NCBI GenBank assembly: GCA_963708185.1
Contig: OY970195.1
Location: forward strand, 1 to 64,000
Length of the DNA: 64,000 bases
Direction of reading: 5' to 3'
From: Candidatus Peregrinibacteria bacterium
GTDB lineage: Bacteria; Patescibacteriota; Gracilibacteria; UBA1369
This document shows, piece by piece, positions 18,901-27,648 of the stretch; within the stretch, counting starts at the first letter, position 1; each line of letters opens with the position of its first letter. The notes under the pieces are model-generated. The model was given only the letters and a program-made list of their open reading frames with translations, did no database searches and was not told where the DNA came from. Made by a program: the position numbers and the translations under genes.

Positions 18901-21464
18901 GCTGCATTTATACCACAATTTTGCAGTTGTTGGAAGAAGTTTTTGACCATTGGGCGCTTCGCTTCACGGTAGTGTGTGCCGTTGTAAAAGAGCTCTCCAA
19001 TCCTGGCGCGCTGGAGGGCCACGCCGATGCCCAATTCGATTGGAGACGTCCGATGTCTTTTTTGGAATTCCGTAATTGAACCGTAGAGCGATTCTCGAAG
19101 GGAGAGCATGAGTTCCCTTAGTTGTTTGTACCCCAGGGATTCACTTTGTTCAGGGTTCTTTTTGGAGTTATATTTTGCTGAAAGGATCTGGACGGCACTG
19201 ATCTTGCTGTCTCGGTCTTCTGGAGCGCGTGAATATTCCGCAAGGTCGTTTGCGATACGAAAATAGTAGTTGATTAATGCGCATATTGTATCCAGATCTT
19301 TACTTGCTTCCTGGCTTAAGGGAGTATCTTTGGAATCTATGCATGCCATCGTTTTATAGATATTTCCGGAACCGATGCTTTTTTCGATGTCGACGAGGTA
19401 TGTATACAGTTTGAGGTCGTAAAAATGGTTTCTTTTCTGGATATCGTCGGCGGATTCGTAGTTTGCGCGGCTTTGTCGGATTAACTCGCGTACGGTTGGA
19501 GGTATGCTGTCGTTTAGATACTTTGCATCGAATTTTTCGTCGAGCTCCACACCGACCCTTTTGAGTAAAGGATTACTGAGAACTTCGTTTTGCCATTCGT
19601 TGTACATGCACTCCATAATCCCGGTCATGCTTTTTTTCCAACTGTTAAAACTGTCTTCGTCTGCCATTTGTTCAAGTTCAGCCGAGAGCTTCGCGAACTC
19701 GTCGGTAAGCGTGCTGAGAATTTTTGGTATTGCCGGTCTGACCCCAGATGTTGCTTTGGTTTTTCCCCCTTTTTCCTTATTACTCGGGAATTCCGCATGT
19801 CTATGGTGTTCAGGATGTCTGTGAACCGAGGCGACGAGTAGTTCGGTCGCCGTCGCAATGAAATCTTTTTTTTCATTTTCGGGGAGTTCGGTGTCGTAGA
19901 TGAAGTCGTCCATGGCATAGGTCAGGATCATGTATTTTGCTAGAACCTCGGCTTTTTTCAGCCAATTTTTCTCAAGTCCGTTTTTCCATTCCGGGTGATT
20001 TGGAAAATATGCGAAGAAGAAACTCGTAAAAGCGTAATTGATAAAGGCCCTGAAGGCCGGAGAAGATGGCCATTTGATTTTTGCATTTTCAGACCAGTCG
20101 AGAATCTGTGCGGCAAAGAGGTCAGCCATGCGGTTGTAGTGATCTTCGTCAGTATTTTTCACCCTATGCTCTTCTTCCATCGATTTTTCTATCTCATCAA
20201 GGGATTTTCCTTTCTGTCCCTTCAGTTTTTTTCTCAGAGTGAAGTATCTTTCAAATTCAGGCAGATCTTCAATCTTCAATTCTCTTTCAGCACCCAATAA
20301 TTGCGTTGTCCCCATTGCGAAATCCACTGCTTTCCGTATCCCCATAATGATTTCCGCACTGCTCTCCGGACATGTATGGACGTTTGCATAGTCGATCTTT
20401 GGCCTGATGGGTATCGTTACCCCGTTGATGGACTGGCCCGGTGCCACGAATGCCGTATAAGTTTTCGGGTTGTCTTCTGTTCCGTCGTTATTTTCTGAAA
20501 GGCTTGCTCCGTGAACAAGCCTGATGGTCAATTCGCTTTTGACATTTCCGAAATTTTTCCTTTTTTCCCCATTTCGATCGTAGAGTTCGACAAGTATGTT
20601 TCGGAGACTTCTTTTTGTTCTGAAAAATTCATTAAGAATCGAATCCATATCTTTGGAAGACGAATGATAGGGGATGGTTATGGAATGGGTTCCATTTTTA
20701 TTCACGTTTTCCAAATTGACCGCTTCCAAGATTTCAAGAATTTTTTGAGACGAGTATCCCAGTCGGAACTGTTTTTGGAGTTTTGAACGGACATCTTCGA
20801 TTGCCGTGTGGATTTCTTCAGCCTGAACGTCGGGCCAGAGGGTTGTCGATCCGTAGTTTCTGATTCCTTCATGTACTCTGATGCCGCTTGTTCTGAAGTT
20901 ATCTGGTTTTTCCATTCCTGAGCGATATATAATGTTGACGCCCAGATCTATCGCAATGTCTTCATCGTAGTTTACTCCCAAAAGAAGCCGCAGGGCTGGT
21001 TTTTGAATGTGTGCGGTTTTTTGACAGGCTTCATTAATCGTCCGAGCCAGTTCTTCATCGACGGGACTCAGCATGGCCATTTCCTGTAAATTTCCGTACG
21101 GTTCAAGTCTGATCTCTGATTTTACCAACAGACCTCTCGAATCTATCCTGCGGGATAACATGTCAAAGGCACCGATGATTTTTCTTTTGAAACCGGGAGG
21201 TCTTTTTTTTACGTTATCCGGTCCAAGGATGCATGCCACCATCATTGAAACATCGCCGCGTTTTGCCAGCTCTTCCGCGATTCTTATGACATTTTGTCCT
21301 CCATCGTCGTAATTTTTATTTTCGAAACTGGCACGATTGTTGCCGTCAGTGAGAATAAGAATGCGAAGGTCGTTTTCAAGGGCACTCTCAAAGAGCGGTA
21401 AAACAAAAATATTTGTTTTTTTGTCAGCATTTTCAAAAGCTTGAGGAGCTTTTTCAATAGCCAT
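18897..21464 (-). CDS. cis-prenyltransferase-like / class I terpene synthase-like fusion protein
   Basis: N-terminal UPPS-family motifs ILTDGNNR, GPDNVKKRP, LLLGVNY, IIYRSG..RTSG and TLWPDV. C-terminal helical domain with MDDFIYD, YL..IEKSIG, FRIANDLAE and a terminal HY. Confidence 0.75.
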   Translation of the reverse strand: MAIEKAPQAFENADKKTNIFVLPLFESALENDLRILILTDGNNRASFENKNYDDGGQNVIRIAEELAKRGDVSMMVACILGPDNVKKRPPGFKRKIIGAFDMLSRRIDSRGLLVKSEIRLEPYGNLQEMAMLSPVDEELARTINEACQKTAHIQKPALRLLLGVNYDEDIAIDLGVNIIYRSGMEKPDNFRTSGIRVHEGIRNYGSTTLWPDVQAEEIHTAIEDVRSKLQKQFRLGYSSQKILEILEAVNLENVNKNGTHSITIPYHSSSKDMDSILNEFFRTKRSLRNILVELYDRNGEKRKNFGNVKSELTIRLVHGASLSENNDGTEDNPKTYTAFVAPGQSINGVTIPIRPKIDYANVHTCPESSAEIIMGIRKAVDFAMGTTQLLGAERELKIEDLPEFERYFTLRKKLKGQKGKSLDEIEKSMEEEHRVKNTDEDHYNRMADLFAAQILDWSENAKIKWPSSPAFRAFINYAFTSFFFAYFPNHPEWKNGLEKNWLKKAEVLAKYMILTYAMDDFIYDTELPENEKKDFIATATELLVASVHRHPEHHRHAEFPSNKEKGGKTKATSGVRPAIPKILSTLTDEFAKLSAELEQMADEDSFNSWKKSMTGIMECMYNEWQNEVLSNPLLKRVGVELDEKFDAKYLNDSIPPTVRELIRQSRANYESADDIQKRNHFYDLKLYTYLVDIEKSIGSGNIYKTMACIDSKDTPLSQEASKDLDTICALINYYFRIANDLAEYSRAPEDRDSKISAVQILSAKYNSKKNPEQSESLGYKQLRELMLSLRESLYGSITEFQKRHRTSPIELGIGVALQRARIGELFYNGTHYREAKRPMVKNFFQQLQNCGINAA

Positions 21465-21491
21465 AATTTATTTTAACTTTTTGTTATTTGT

Positions 21492-21534
21492 ATAATAGGA
21501 AAAACCCTGAAAATTTTGTGATAAATTGATGACA
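21492..21534 (-). promoter_or_regulatory. Pho-box-like promoter of the synthase-kinase operon
   Basis: Minus strand: TGTCA-N6-TATCA-N6-TTTCA-N10-TATTAT (11-bp period). The repeats occupy the -35 position. Confidence 0.6.
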
Positions 21535-21600
21535 TTATCGTTATTCTATGAAAAACCTTCCCCGTATGGAAGCGATAATAAAAAAGAGGGGAGTGATTCT

Positions 21601-22278
21601 CTAGCGGGAAAGATTGATGCAATATCCGATGCCGTGGCGGTTTTCGATGAGTTTGTGTTTGAATCCTTCATCGACTTTTTTCCTGAGACGTCGGATCGTT
21701 GCCTGGACGACGTTGGAGTGATAGGTGATTTTTGCTCCCCAGATTTTGCGTATAATGTCCTCGGTGCGTACGGTTTTACCTTCGTTCTGGAGAAGGAACT
21801 CAAGGAGTTCGCCTTCTTTTTTCGTAAGCGTAATTTCCTTGCCGTTTCTTTTGATTTTGTTCTGGTTGCGATAAAAGGTGAAATCCCCATAACTGAGCTG
21901 ATCCTTTCGTTCCGTATGGAGGTTGCGGCGATAAATGGCATTCACACGGGCTATCAGTTCTTCCGCATCGAAGGGTTTCGTCATGTAATCGTCGGCGCCG
22001 AGATTGAGCAGTTCGATTTTGTTGCTGATACGGTTGAGAGCGCTGAGGACTAGAATAGGAACATTCAACCGTTTTTTCCTGATTTCCTTCACGTAAAACT
22101 CGCCGCGTTTTCCCGGGAGCATGAGATCAAGAATAATAATGTCGTTGGTCATTTCGTAACCGTGCGTGGAAGCGTCCTCGATAGATTCGCAAGTTGTTAC
22201 AGTATTTCCTTCCACTTCCAGGACGTTTTGGATGAAAGAAGCTATTTTTTCTTCATCTTCAATAACAAGGATTTTCAT
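21601..22278 (-). CDS. OmpR/PhoB-family response regulator
   Basis: MKILVIEDE, ILDLMLP, GADDYMTKPF; winged-helix region LTKKEGELL..IRRLRKKV..RHGIGY. Confidence 0.95.
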   Translation of the reverse strand: MKILVIEDEEKIASFIQNVLEVEGNTVTTCESIEDASTHGYEMTNDIIILDLMLPGKRGEFYVKEIRKKRLNVPILVLSALNRISNKIELLNLGADDYMTKPFDAEELIARVNAIYRRNLHTERKDQLSYGDFTFYRNQNKIKRNGKEITLTKKEGELLEFLLQNEGKTVRTEDIIRKIWGAKITYHSNVVQATIRRLRKKVDEGFKHKLIENRHGIGYCINLSR

Positions 22279-22486
22279 GGGGATTATGGCGATAGGTAGG
22301 AATTGCAATTGTAATCGGCTTTCTATCATAACACATTTGTTTTGCCTGACAATGGGTTGTCAGTTTTATTTCATTATTTTGTTATAGTGTATCGCGGGTT
22401 TATTGTTAAGGATGATTTTTTCATGAATATTTTGTTTGTTTCTTGGGAAAAAAAATGATTAAATGGTGGCGACCTCAACCAAGGAT

Positions 22487-23437
22487 ATGCAATTACACGT
22501 AGAATTTTGCGGCGTGAAATTCAGGAACCCACTGGTTCTGGCTTCAGGCGTTTTAGGCGTAACCGGAGCCAGTTTGCGCTATGTGGTGGAAAACGGCGCG
22601 GGCGGCGTGACGACCAAGTCGATCTGGAGGGAAGGTCATACCGGTCATCCCAATCCGGTGATCATCGCCAATGACCATTTTATGCTTAATGCGGTCGGAT
22701 TGCCAGATGCCGGCATCGCCAAGGCTCATATTGAGATCGGTGAGTACATGAAAAACAAACCCGCGCCCCTTATTGCCAACATCGTGGAGGCCCGTATTGA
22801 CGATTTTGCCGAAGTCGCCGAGAAAGTTTCAGCTTTGAACCCGGATATGATTGAAGTGAACATCTCCTGTCCGAACGTGGAGGATGAGTTCGGGAAACCT
22901 TTTTCGTGCTCCGCCCATGATGCGGCTGCTGTTACGAAAGCCGTGAGGAAAAAAACGAAACTTCCCATTGTCATCAAGCTGTCCCCGAACGTTTTGAATA
23001 TCGCCGAAATTGCCAAGTCCGTCGTGGATGCCGGTGCGGATGGGATCTGTGCCATCAACACAGTGGGCCCGGGGTTGCTTATTGATCTTGAGACCCGCGA
23101 ACCGATTCTCGCCAATAAAGTGGGCGGGGTTTCCGGTCCAGCCATTAAGCCGTTGTCTTTAAAGGCGGTGTACGACATCCATAAAGCCCTGCCGAAGGTT
23201 CCCATCATCGGAACCGGCGGGATTATTTCCGGGGAGGACGCTTTGGAAATGATCATGGTCGGAGCGACCCTGGTCGGCGTTGGAACGGCCGTATATTATC
23301 GCGGCGTTGACTGTTTCAAGAAAATGACCGATGAAATGACGAAATGGGGAAAAGCCCATAAGGTGAAGAGTCTTCACGATCTGCGTGGCGTTGCCCATGC
23401 AGGAGCGTATTCCAAGAAATTTCAAAACTATAGTTAA
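22487..23437 (+). CDS. pyrD: dihydroorotate dehydrogenase (class 1B catalytic subunit)
   Basis: NPLVLASG, NISCPN, IKLSPN, INT, GGVSGPAIKP and IIGTGGI. Confidence 0.96.
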   Translation: MQLHVEFCGVKFRNPLVLASGVLGVTGASLRYVVENGAGGVTTKSIWREGHTGHPNPVIIANDHFMLNAVGLPDAGIAKAHIEIGEYMKNKPAPLIANIVEARIDDFAEVAEKVSALNPDMIEVNISCPNVEDEFGKPFSCSAHDAAAVTKAVRKKTKLPIVIKLSPNVLNIAEIAKSVVDAGADGICAINTVGPGLLIDLETREPILANKVGGVSGPAIKPLSLKAVYDIHKALPKVPIIGTGGIISGEDALEMIMVGATLVGVGTAVYYRGVDCFKKMTDEMTKWGKAHKVKSLHDLRGVAHAGAYSKKFQNYS

Positions 23438-23456
23438 TCACGCCAGGCGCCGTATT

Positions 23457-24275
23457 ATGATCCGAAACGACATCCCCAAAGCCATTCCGATCAAGAAAAT
23501 CGTGCAGGAGACTCCGCACGTAAAGACCTTTATCTTTGAACATGAACTGAATTCCAAACCAGGTCAGTTTGTGAATTTGTGGATTCCACGCGTTGACGAA
23601 AAGCCGATGAGCATCGCAAACGACACGGGCAAGGAGTTCTGGATCACGATGTTCGCGGTGGGACCTTTTTCAAAAGTCATGCATACGCTTAAGGTCGGTG
23701 ATCTGGTGGGCGTGCGCGGCCCTTACGGGAAACCGTTTGATTTCAAGAAAGGTCAGCGGCTCGTGATGATGGCCGGCGGGTACGGAGCCGCGCCTTTATA
23801 TAATTTGACGCTGAAAGCGATCAAGCATGGCTGCAAAGTGGACTTTGTGGTCGGTGCCCGCAGCAAAGAACACCTTTTGTATATCAGCAGAATCAAAAAA
23901 CTGAAGAACGTGAAACTGCACGTAGCTACGGACGATGGATCCGTGGGGCGAGAAGGGTATAACACGCTTATTTTGGGTGATCTTCTTGAGGAGTCCGGTT
24001 CATCAAAAAACCGCATCGATTGCGTCTATGCCTGCGGTCCGGAAATGATGATGAAGAAAATTTCCGACATGAGTTTCGCGGCAAACGTCGATGCGCAGCT
24101 TTCCGTCGAGCGTTACATGAAATGCGGATTCGGGGTGTGCGGGCAATGCTGCGTGGATCCCAAGGGCCAGCGTATGTGCATGGAGGGTCCGGTGGTTCAT
24201 AACGCCCAGGCCCGCAAGATTACGGAATTCAGCAAATACCACCGTGACAAGACCGGGAAAATGCACACGCTTTAA
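23457..24275 (+). CDS. pyrK: dihydroorotate dehydrogenase electron transfer subunit
   Basis: PGQF, GPYG, GGYGAAP, ACGP and MKCGFGVCGQC ([2Fe-2S] motif). Confidence 0.94.
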   Translation: MIRNDIPKAIPIKKIVQETPHVKTFIFEHELNSKPGQFVNLWIPRVDEKPMSIANDTGKEFWITMFAVGPFSKVMHTLKVGDLVGVRGPYGKPFDFKKGQRLVMMAGGYGAAPLYNLTLKAIKHGCKVDFVVGARSKEHLLYISRIKKLKNVKLHVATDDGSVGREGYNTLILGDLLEESGSSKNRIDCVYACGPEMMMKKISDMSFAANVDAQLSVERYMKCGFGVCGQCCVDPKGQRMCMEGPVVHNAQARKITEFSKYHRDKTGKMHTL

Positions 24276-24296
24276 TTTTTAACATTCAATACCGAC

Positions 24297-24971
24297 ATGC
24301 AGCAATACAAGGAAGATTTCATCAGGTTTCTCGTCAAGACCGGAGCACTGAAGTTCGGTGAGTTCAAGCTCAAGAGCGGACGCATCGGTCCGTATTTTTT
24401 GAACATCGGCCAATTTAACAGCGGGAAATCCATTGAAGAACTTGGTTCTTATTATGCCCAGGCCATTGAGGAGCACGTGAAACAGTATGATGTGGTTTTC
24501 GGTCCGGCGTATAAAGGAATCCATCTCGCCGTGGCTGCCGTTATCGCTCTCAACGACAAGTTCCACAAAGACGTTGCTTACGCCTACAACCGCAAGGAAG
24601 CCAAGGACCACGGCGAGGGCGGAATGCTCATCGGCGCGCCCATCACCAAAGACACCAGGCTTGTCATCTTGGATGACGTCATTACCGCCGGTACCGCTTT
24701 GCGTCTGGTCATTGATGTTTTGAAAGGCGTTGGTTCACCGAAAGTGAACGGCGTCGTGGTCGCCGTTGATCGCATGGAAAAAGGGAAAGGTGACAAAAGC
24801 GCCATCCAGGAACTCAAAGAGGAGTTCGGTATCGACGTTTATTCCATCGTCAACATCGATGAGATCGTGGAGTATCTTTTTAACCGCGAGATTGACGGAC
24901 AGGTCTACATCGACGACGAAAAACTGGCGAAGATCAAAGAGTACCGCAAGCAGTACGGGGTTGCCGCATAA
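24297..24971 (+). CDS. pyrE: orotate phosphoribosyltransferase
   Basis: FKLKSGR, FGPAYKGI, NRKEAKDHGEGG and LDDVITAGT. Confidence 0.97.
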   Translation: MQQYKEDFIRFLVKTGALKFGEFKLKSGRIGPYFLNIGQFNSGKSIEELGSYYAQAIEEHVKQYDVVFGPAYKGIHLAVAAVIALNDKFHKDVAYAYNRKEAKDHGEGGMLIGAPITKDTRLVILDDVITAGTALRLVIDVLKGVGSPKVNGVVVAVDRMEKGKGDKSAIQELKEEFGIDVYSIVNIDEIVEYLFNREIDGQVYIDDEKLAKIKEYRKQYGVAA

Positions 24972-24980
24972 AGGCGATGT

Positions 24981-25418
24981 TCATCCGAAGAGATCCTGCT
25001 CCAGGTCCCGGCGCTGGATTCGTTGAAGCTCTTCCTGAACGAGCAGTTGAGCCGCGGGGTTGTTTTCGATCAAAAGCCGCAGGTCTTCGATCACCTGTTT
25101 TCTGAGTGCGGCGGGATTGGTTTGCAGAGCTTCGATGATGAGGGCTTTGGCTTTTTCGCCGAGCGCTTCGATTTCTTGCGGATCGGTGGCTGCCGAAAGG
25201 CTTAAAAGGTCGATCTGATCGATTCTTTTTTTCCATTCCCGCTGATGGTCGATGAGCCTTCGTCCCGCTCCATTTTCCGTAAAAACGATCAGCTGCCGGC
25301 GGACGGCCAGGCGGAGGTTTTCAATTTCTTCGGTTCTTTGAATTTCTCCGGACGGACGGTCGCCGTCTTCGCGTTCGTGATCGAATGCTCTCAATCCTTC
25401 AAAATCCCTCTGAGACAT
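24981..25418 (-). CDS. hypothetical protein
   Basis: Charged helical ORF filling the gap; likely start MSQRD at 25418. Confidence 0.6.
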   Translation of the reverse strand: MSQRDFEGLRAFDHEREDGDRPSGEIQRTEEIENLRLAVRRQLIVFTENGAGRRLIDHQREWKKRIDQIDLLSLSAATDPQEIEALGEKAKALIIEALQTNPAALRKQVIEDLRLLIENNPAAQLLVQEELQRIQRRDLEQDLFG

Positions 25419-25501
25419 AAAGTGAAAAAGACACAAAGTTGAACTGCTCTTGATAACTACTATAAATCCGCCGGGCTTCCCTGACAATCCATTTTATTTG
25501 T

Positions 25502-26431
25502 TTATTGGTGAGCAGCAGCTTTCTGGAAACGAGGTTTGGCCGCGCACTCCTTGCTGCAGGCGTCGTTCCAGATGGCGCGGCAGGCCGGGCAGATGATGAT
25601 CTGCTTGTTGCACTGAGCGTTGATGCAGTTGATGTAGTCGTCGCACGGGTTCTGGCAATGCAGACATTTCGCGAGAATCTTGCGGTTTTGCGGAGTGTTG
25701 ATGGGAACGGCAACGCGTTCGTCAAAAACGTAAAGTTTGCCTTCCCAGTATTTGTCGGGGAACTGCTGTCCGTACACGTGCACGCCGCCGTGGAGCTGGG
25801 AAACGTCCTTGAACCCTTTCTTCTTGAGCAGGGCGGTTGCGGTTTCGCAGCGGATGCCTCCGGTACAGTAGGTCACGACTTTCTTGTCTTTGTATCTGGC
25901 GAGTTCCTTATCCACGATCTCCGGGAGTTGTTTGAAGTTCTGCATCGGGAGGGTGATCGCGTTCTTGAAGCGTCCGATTTCGGCTTCGTAGTCGTTGCGC
26001 ATGTCGATGATGACGAAATCCTCCTCGTTTTCGTAGAGACAGTTGAGTTCGTCCGGTTCGATGTACGTGCCGCCGTGCTTGTTGGGATTGAGCGGTTCGG
26101 GATACTTCATGGTGACGAGTTCCGGACGGTAGCGGACGAATATTTTTTTAAAGGTCGGCTGGGAACTTTCGCTGGTTTTGAACTCCATGGTTTTGAAATT
26201 CGGATCAGCGTGCATGGCTTCGATGTATTTGTCGGTAGCTTCTTTGGGACCTCCCACGGTTCCGTTGATGCCGTCGTCCGCGACGAGAATACGTCCTTTG
26301 AGCACCAGTTCCTTGCAGAATTTGAGGTGGTCGTAAGCGAATTTCGCCGCGTTTGCGATGGGAACGTACTTGTAGTAGAGGAGTACGATCCATCTTTGTT
26401 CTTTTTGGCTTTCTTTTGCCGATTTATCCAT
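25502..26431 (-). CDS. trhO: rhodanese-related tRNA U34 hydroxylase (TrhO/UPF0176)
   Basis: GRILVA..GINGT, IDMRNDYE..IGRF, YCTGGIRCE, GKLYVFDER and a Cys-rich tail. Confidence 0.92.
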   Translation of the reverse strand: MDKSAKESQKEQRWIVLLYYKYVPIANAAKFAYDHLKFCKELVLKGRILVADDGINGTVGGPKEATDKYIEAMHADPNFKTMEFKTSESSQPTFKKIFVRYRPELVTMKYPEPLNPNKHGGTYIEPDELNCLYENEEDFVIIDMRNDYEAEIGRFKNAITLPMQNFKQLPEIVDKELARYKDKKVVTYCTGGIRCETATALLKKKGFKDVSQLHGGVHVYGQQFPDKYWEGKLYVFDERVAVPINTPQNRKILAKCLHCQNPCDDYINCINAQCNKQIIICPACRAIWNDACSKECAAKPRFQKAAAHQ

Positions 26432-26559
26432 AATATTCTTGAAAAGTCAGGTTTATTGTACTGAAAAGTGTGATTTTGGCAAGACTTCGCGGAGACGTCG
26501 GAATTTTTTGCCGTTATGCGTTTCTTCCGTTAAGATATCGATACAACCTTAAGAATTTT

Positions 26560-27564
26560 ATGGAAGAGACTTCCAGAGAAAAAGCCCAGCGTCAGGAGCG
26601 TGAAACCCGGCAACAGCGCGATGAAAAACTGCAAAAACCTTTTCATTTCGCTGACCGGCTTAACGCGGCGATCCATAAAAAAAAGTCTGTAGTGTGCGTG
26701 GGTCTGGATCCGCGTCTGGAGCAGATTCCCGTGTTTATCAAGGAACGCGCACTCAAGGAACACAAGAACACCTTAACGGCTGCAGCTGAAGCGATCCTCG
26801 AGTTCAACAAGGGAATTATCGACGCGGTTGCGGACCTGGTTCCGGTGGTGAAACCTCAGATCGCTTTTTATGAACAGTACGGGCATGAAGGCATCCGGGC
26901 GTTTGAAGAAACGCTTTGGTATGCCCGCGACAAAGGTCTGCTGACGATCGCCGACATCAAGCGTGGGGACATCGGCAGTACAGCGCTCGCTTACGCCAAG
27001 GCTTTTTTAGGCAAGGTGGATCTTTTCGGAAAATCCGTGTTCAGTTTTGACGCCGATGCCGTCACGATCGCTCCGTATCTGGGTTGGGACGGTGTGAAGC
27101 CTTTCGTGGACGAAGCCCGTAAACACGGCAAAGGGATTTTTGCCCTGGTGAAAACTTCCAATCCTTCCTCCAGCGACGTGCAGGATCTTGAGATGAAGGA
27201 CGCTTCCGCGGTCTATGAGATCATGGGACAGTACCTGGATTCCTGGGGTGCCGACGAGATTGGCGAAAGCGGATATTCTCTGGTCGGAGCCGTGGTGGGG
27301 GCGACTTTTCCGGTTCAGGCCAGGAAACTGCGTTCGCTGATGCCGCAGAATATTTTTCTCGTTCCGGGCTACGGTGCCCAGGGCGGTACCGCAGAGGACG
27401 TGAAACCCTGCTTCCAGGAAGACGGAACCGGGGCTATCGTCAACAGTTCACGGGGCATCATTTTTGCCTGGGAAACCTCTGATGTCTATACAGAAAAGGA
27501 TTATGTCGATGCGGCCCGGGATGCCGTCATCAAAATGAATAAAGAGCTGTCTGCGGTGATGTGA
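26560..27564 (+). CDS. pyrF: orotidine-5'-phosphate decarboxylase
   Basis: VGLDP, KPQIAFYE, DIKRGDIGST, KTSNP, GAVVGAT, PGYGAQGG and NSSRGI. Confidence 0.96.
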   Translation: MEETSREKAQRQERETRQQRDEKLQKPFHFADRLNAAIHKKKSVVCVGLDPRLEQIPVFIKERALKEHKNTLTAAAEAILEFNKGIIDAVADLVPVVKPQIAFYEQYGHEGIRAFEETLWYARDKGLLTIADIKRGDIGSTALAYAKAFLGKVDLFGKSVFSFDADAVTIAPYLGWDGVKPFVDEARKHGKGIFALVKTSNPSSSDVQDLEMKDASAVYEIMGQYLDSWGADEIGESGYSLVGAVVGATFPVQARKLRSLMPQNIFLVPGYGAQGGTAEDVKPCFQEDGTGAIVNSSRGIIFAWETSDVYTEKDYVDAARDAVIKMNKELSAVM

Positions 27565-27648
27565 CCTGTTTATCTCGGTTTACGGTCCTCTGGCTTTGAA
27601 TATTTGGCTTTGCTATACTGCGGGTGTTTATTTTTTACCCTAAATTTT

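Noticed and set aside
22346-22363. Inverted repeat CTGACAA-TGGG-TTGTCAG between the RR and pyrD
   Set aside because: Can be explained by back-to-back TTGTCA -35 elements of divergent promoters; an operator role is not excluded but is unsupported.
25505-26464. 319-aa antisense ORF to trhO (similarly 30847-31797, 56862-57890 and 2600-3388)
   Set aside because: Shadow ORFs caused by codon bias on the strand opposite well-identified genes.
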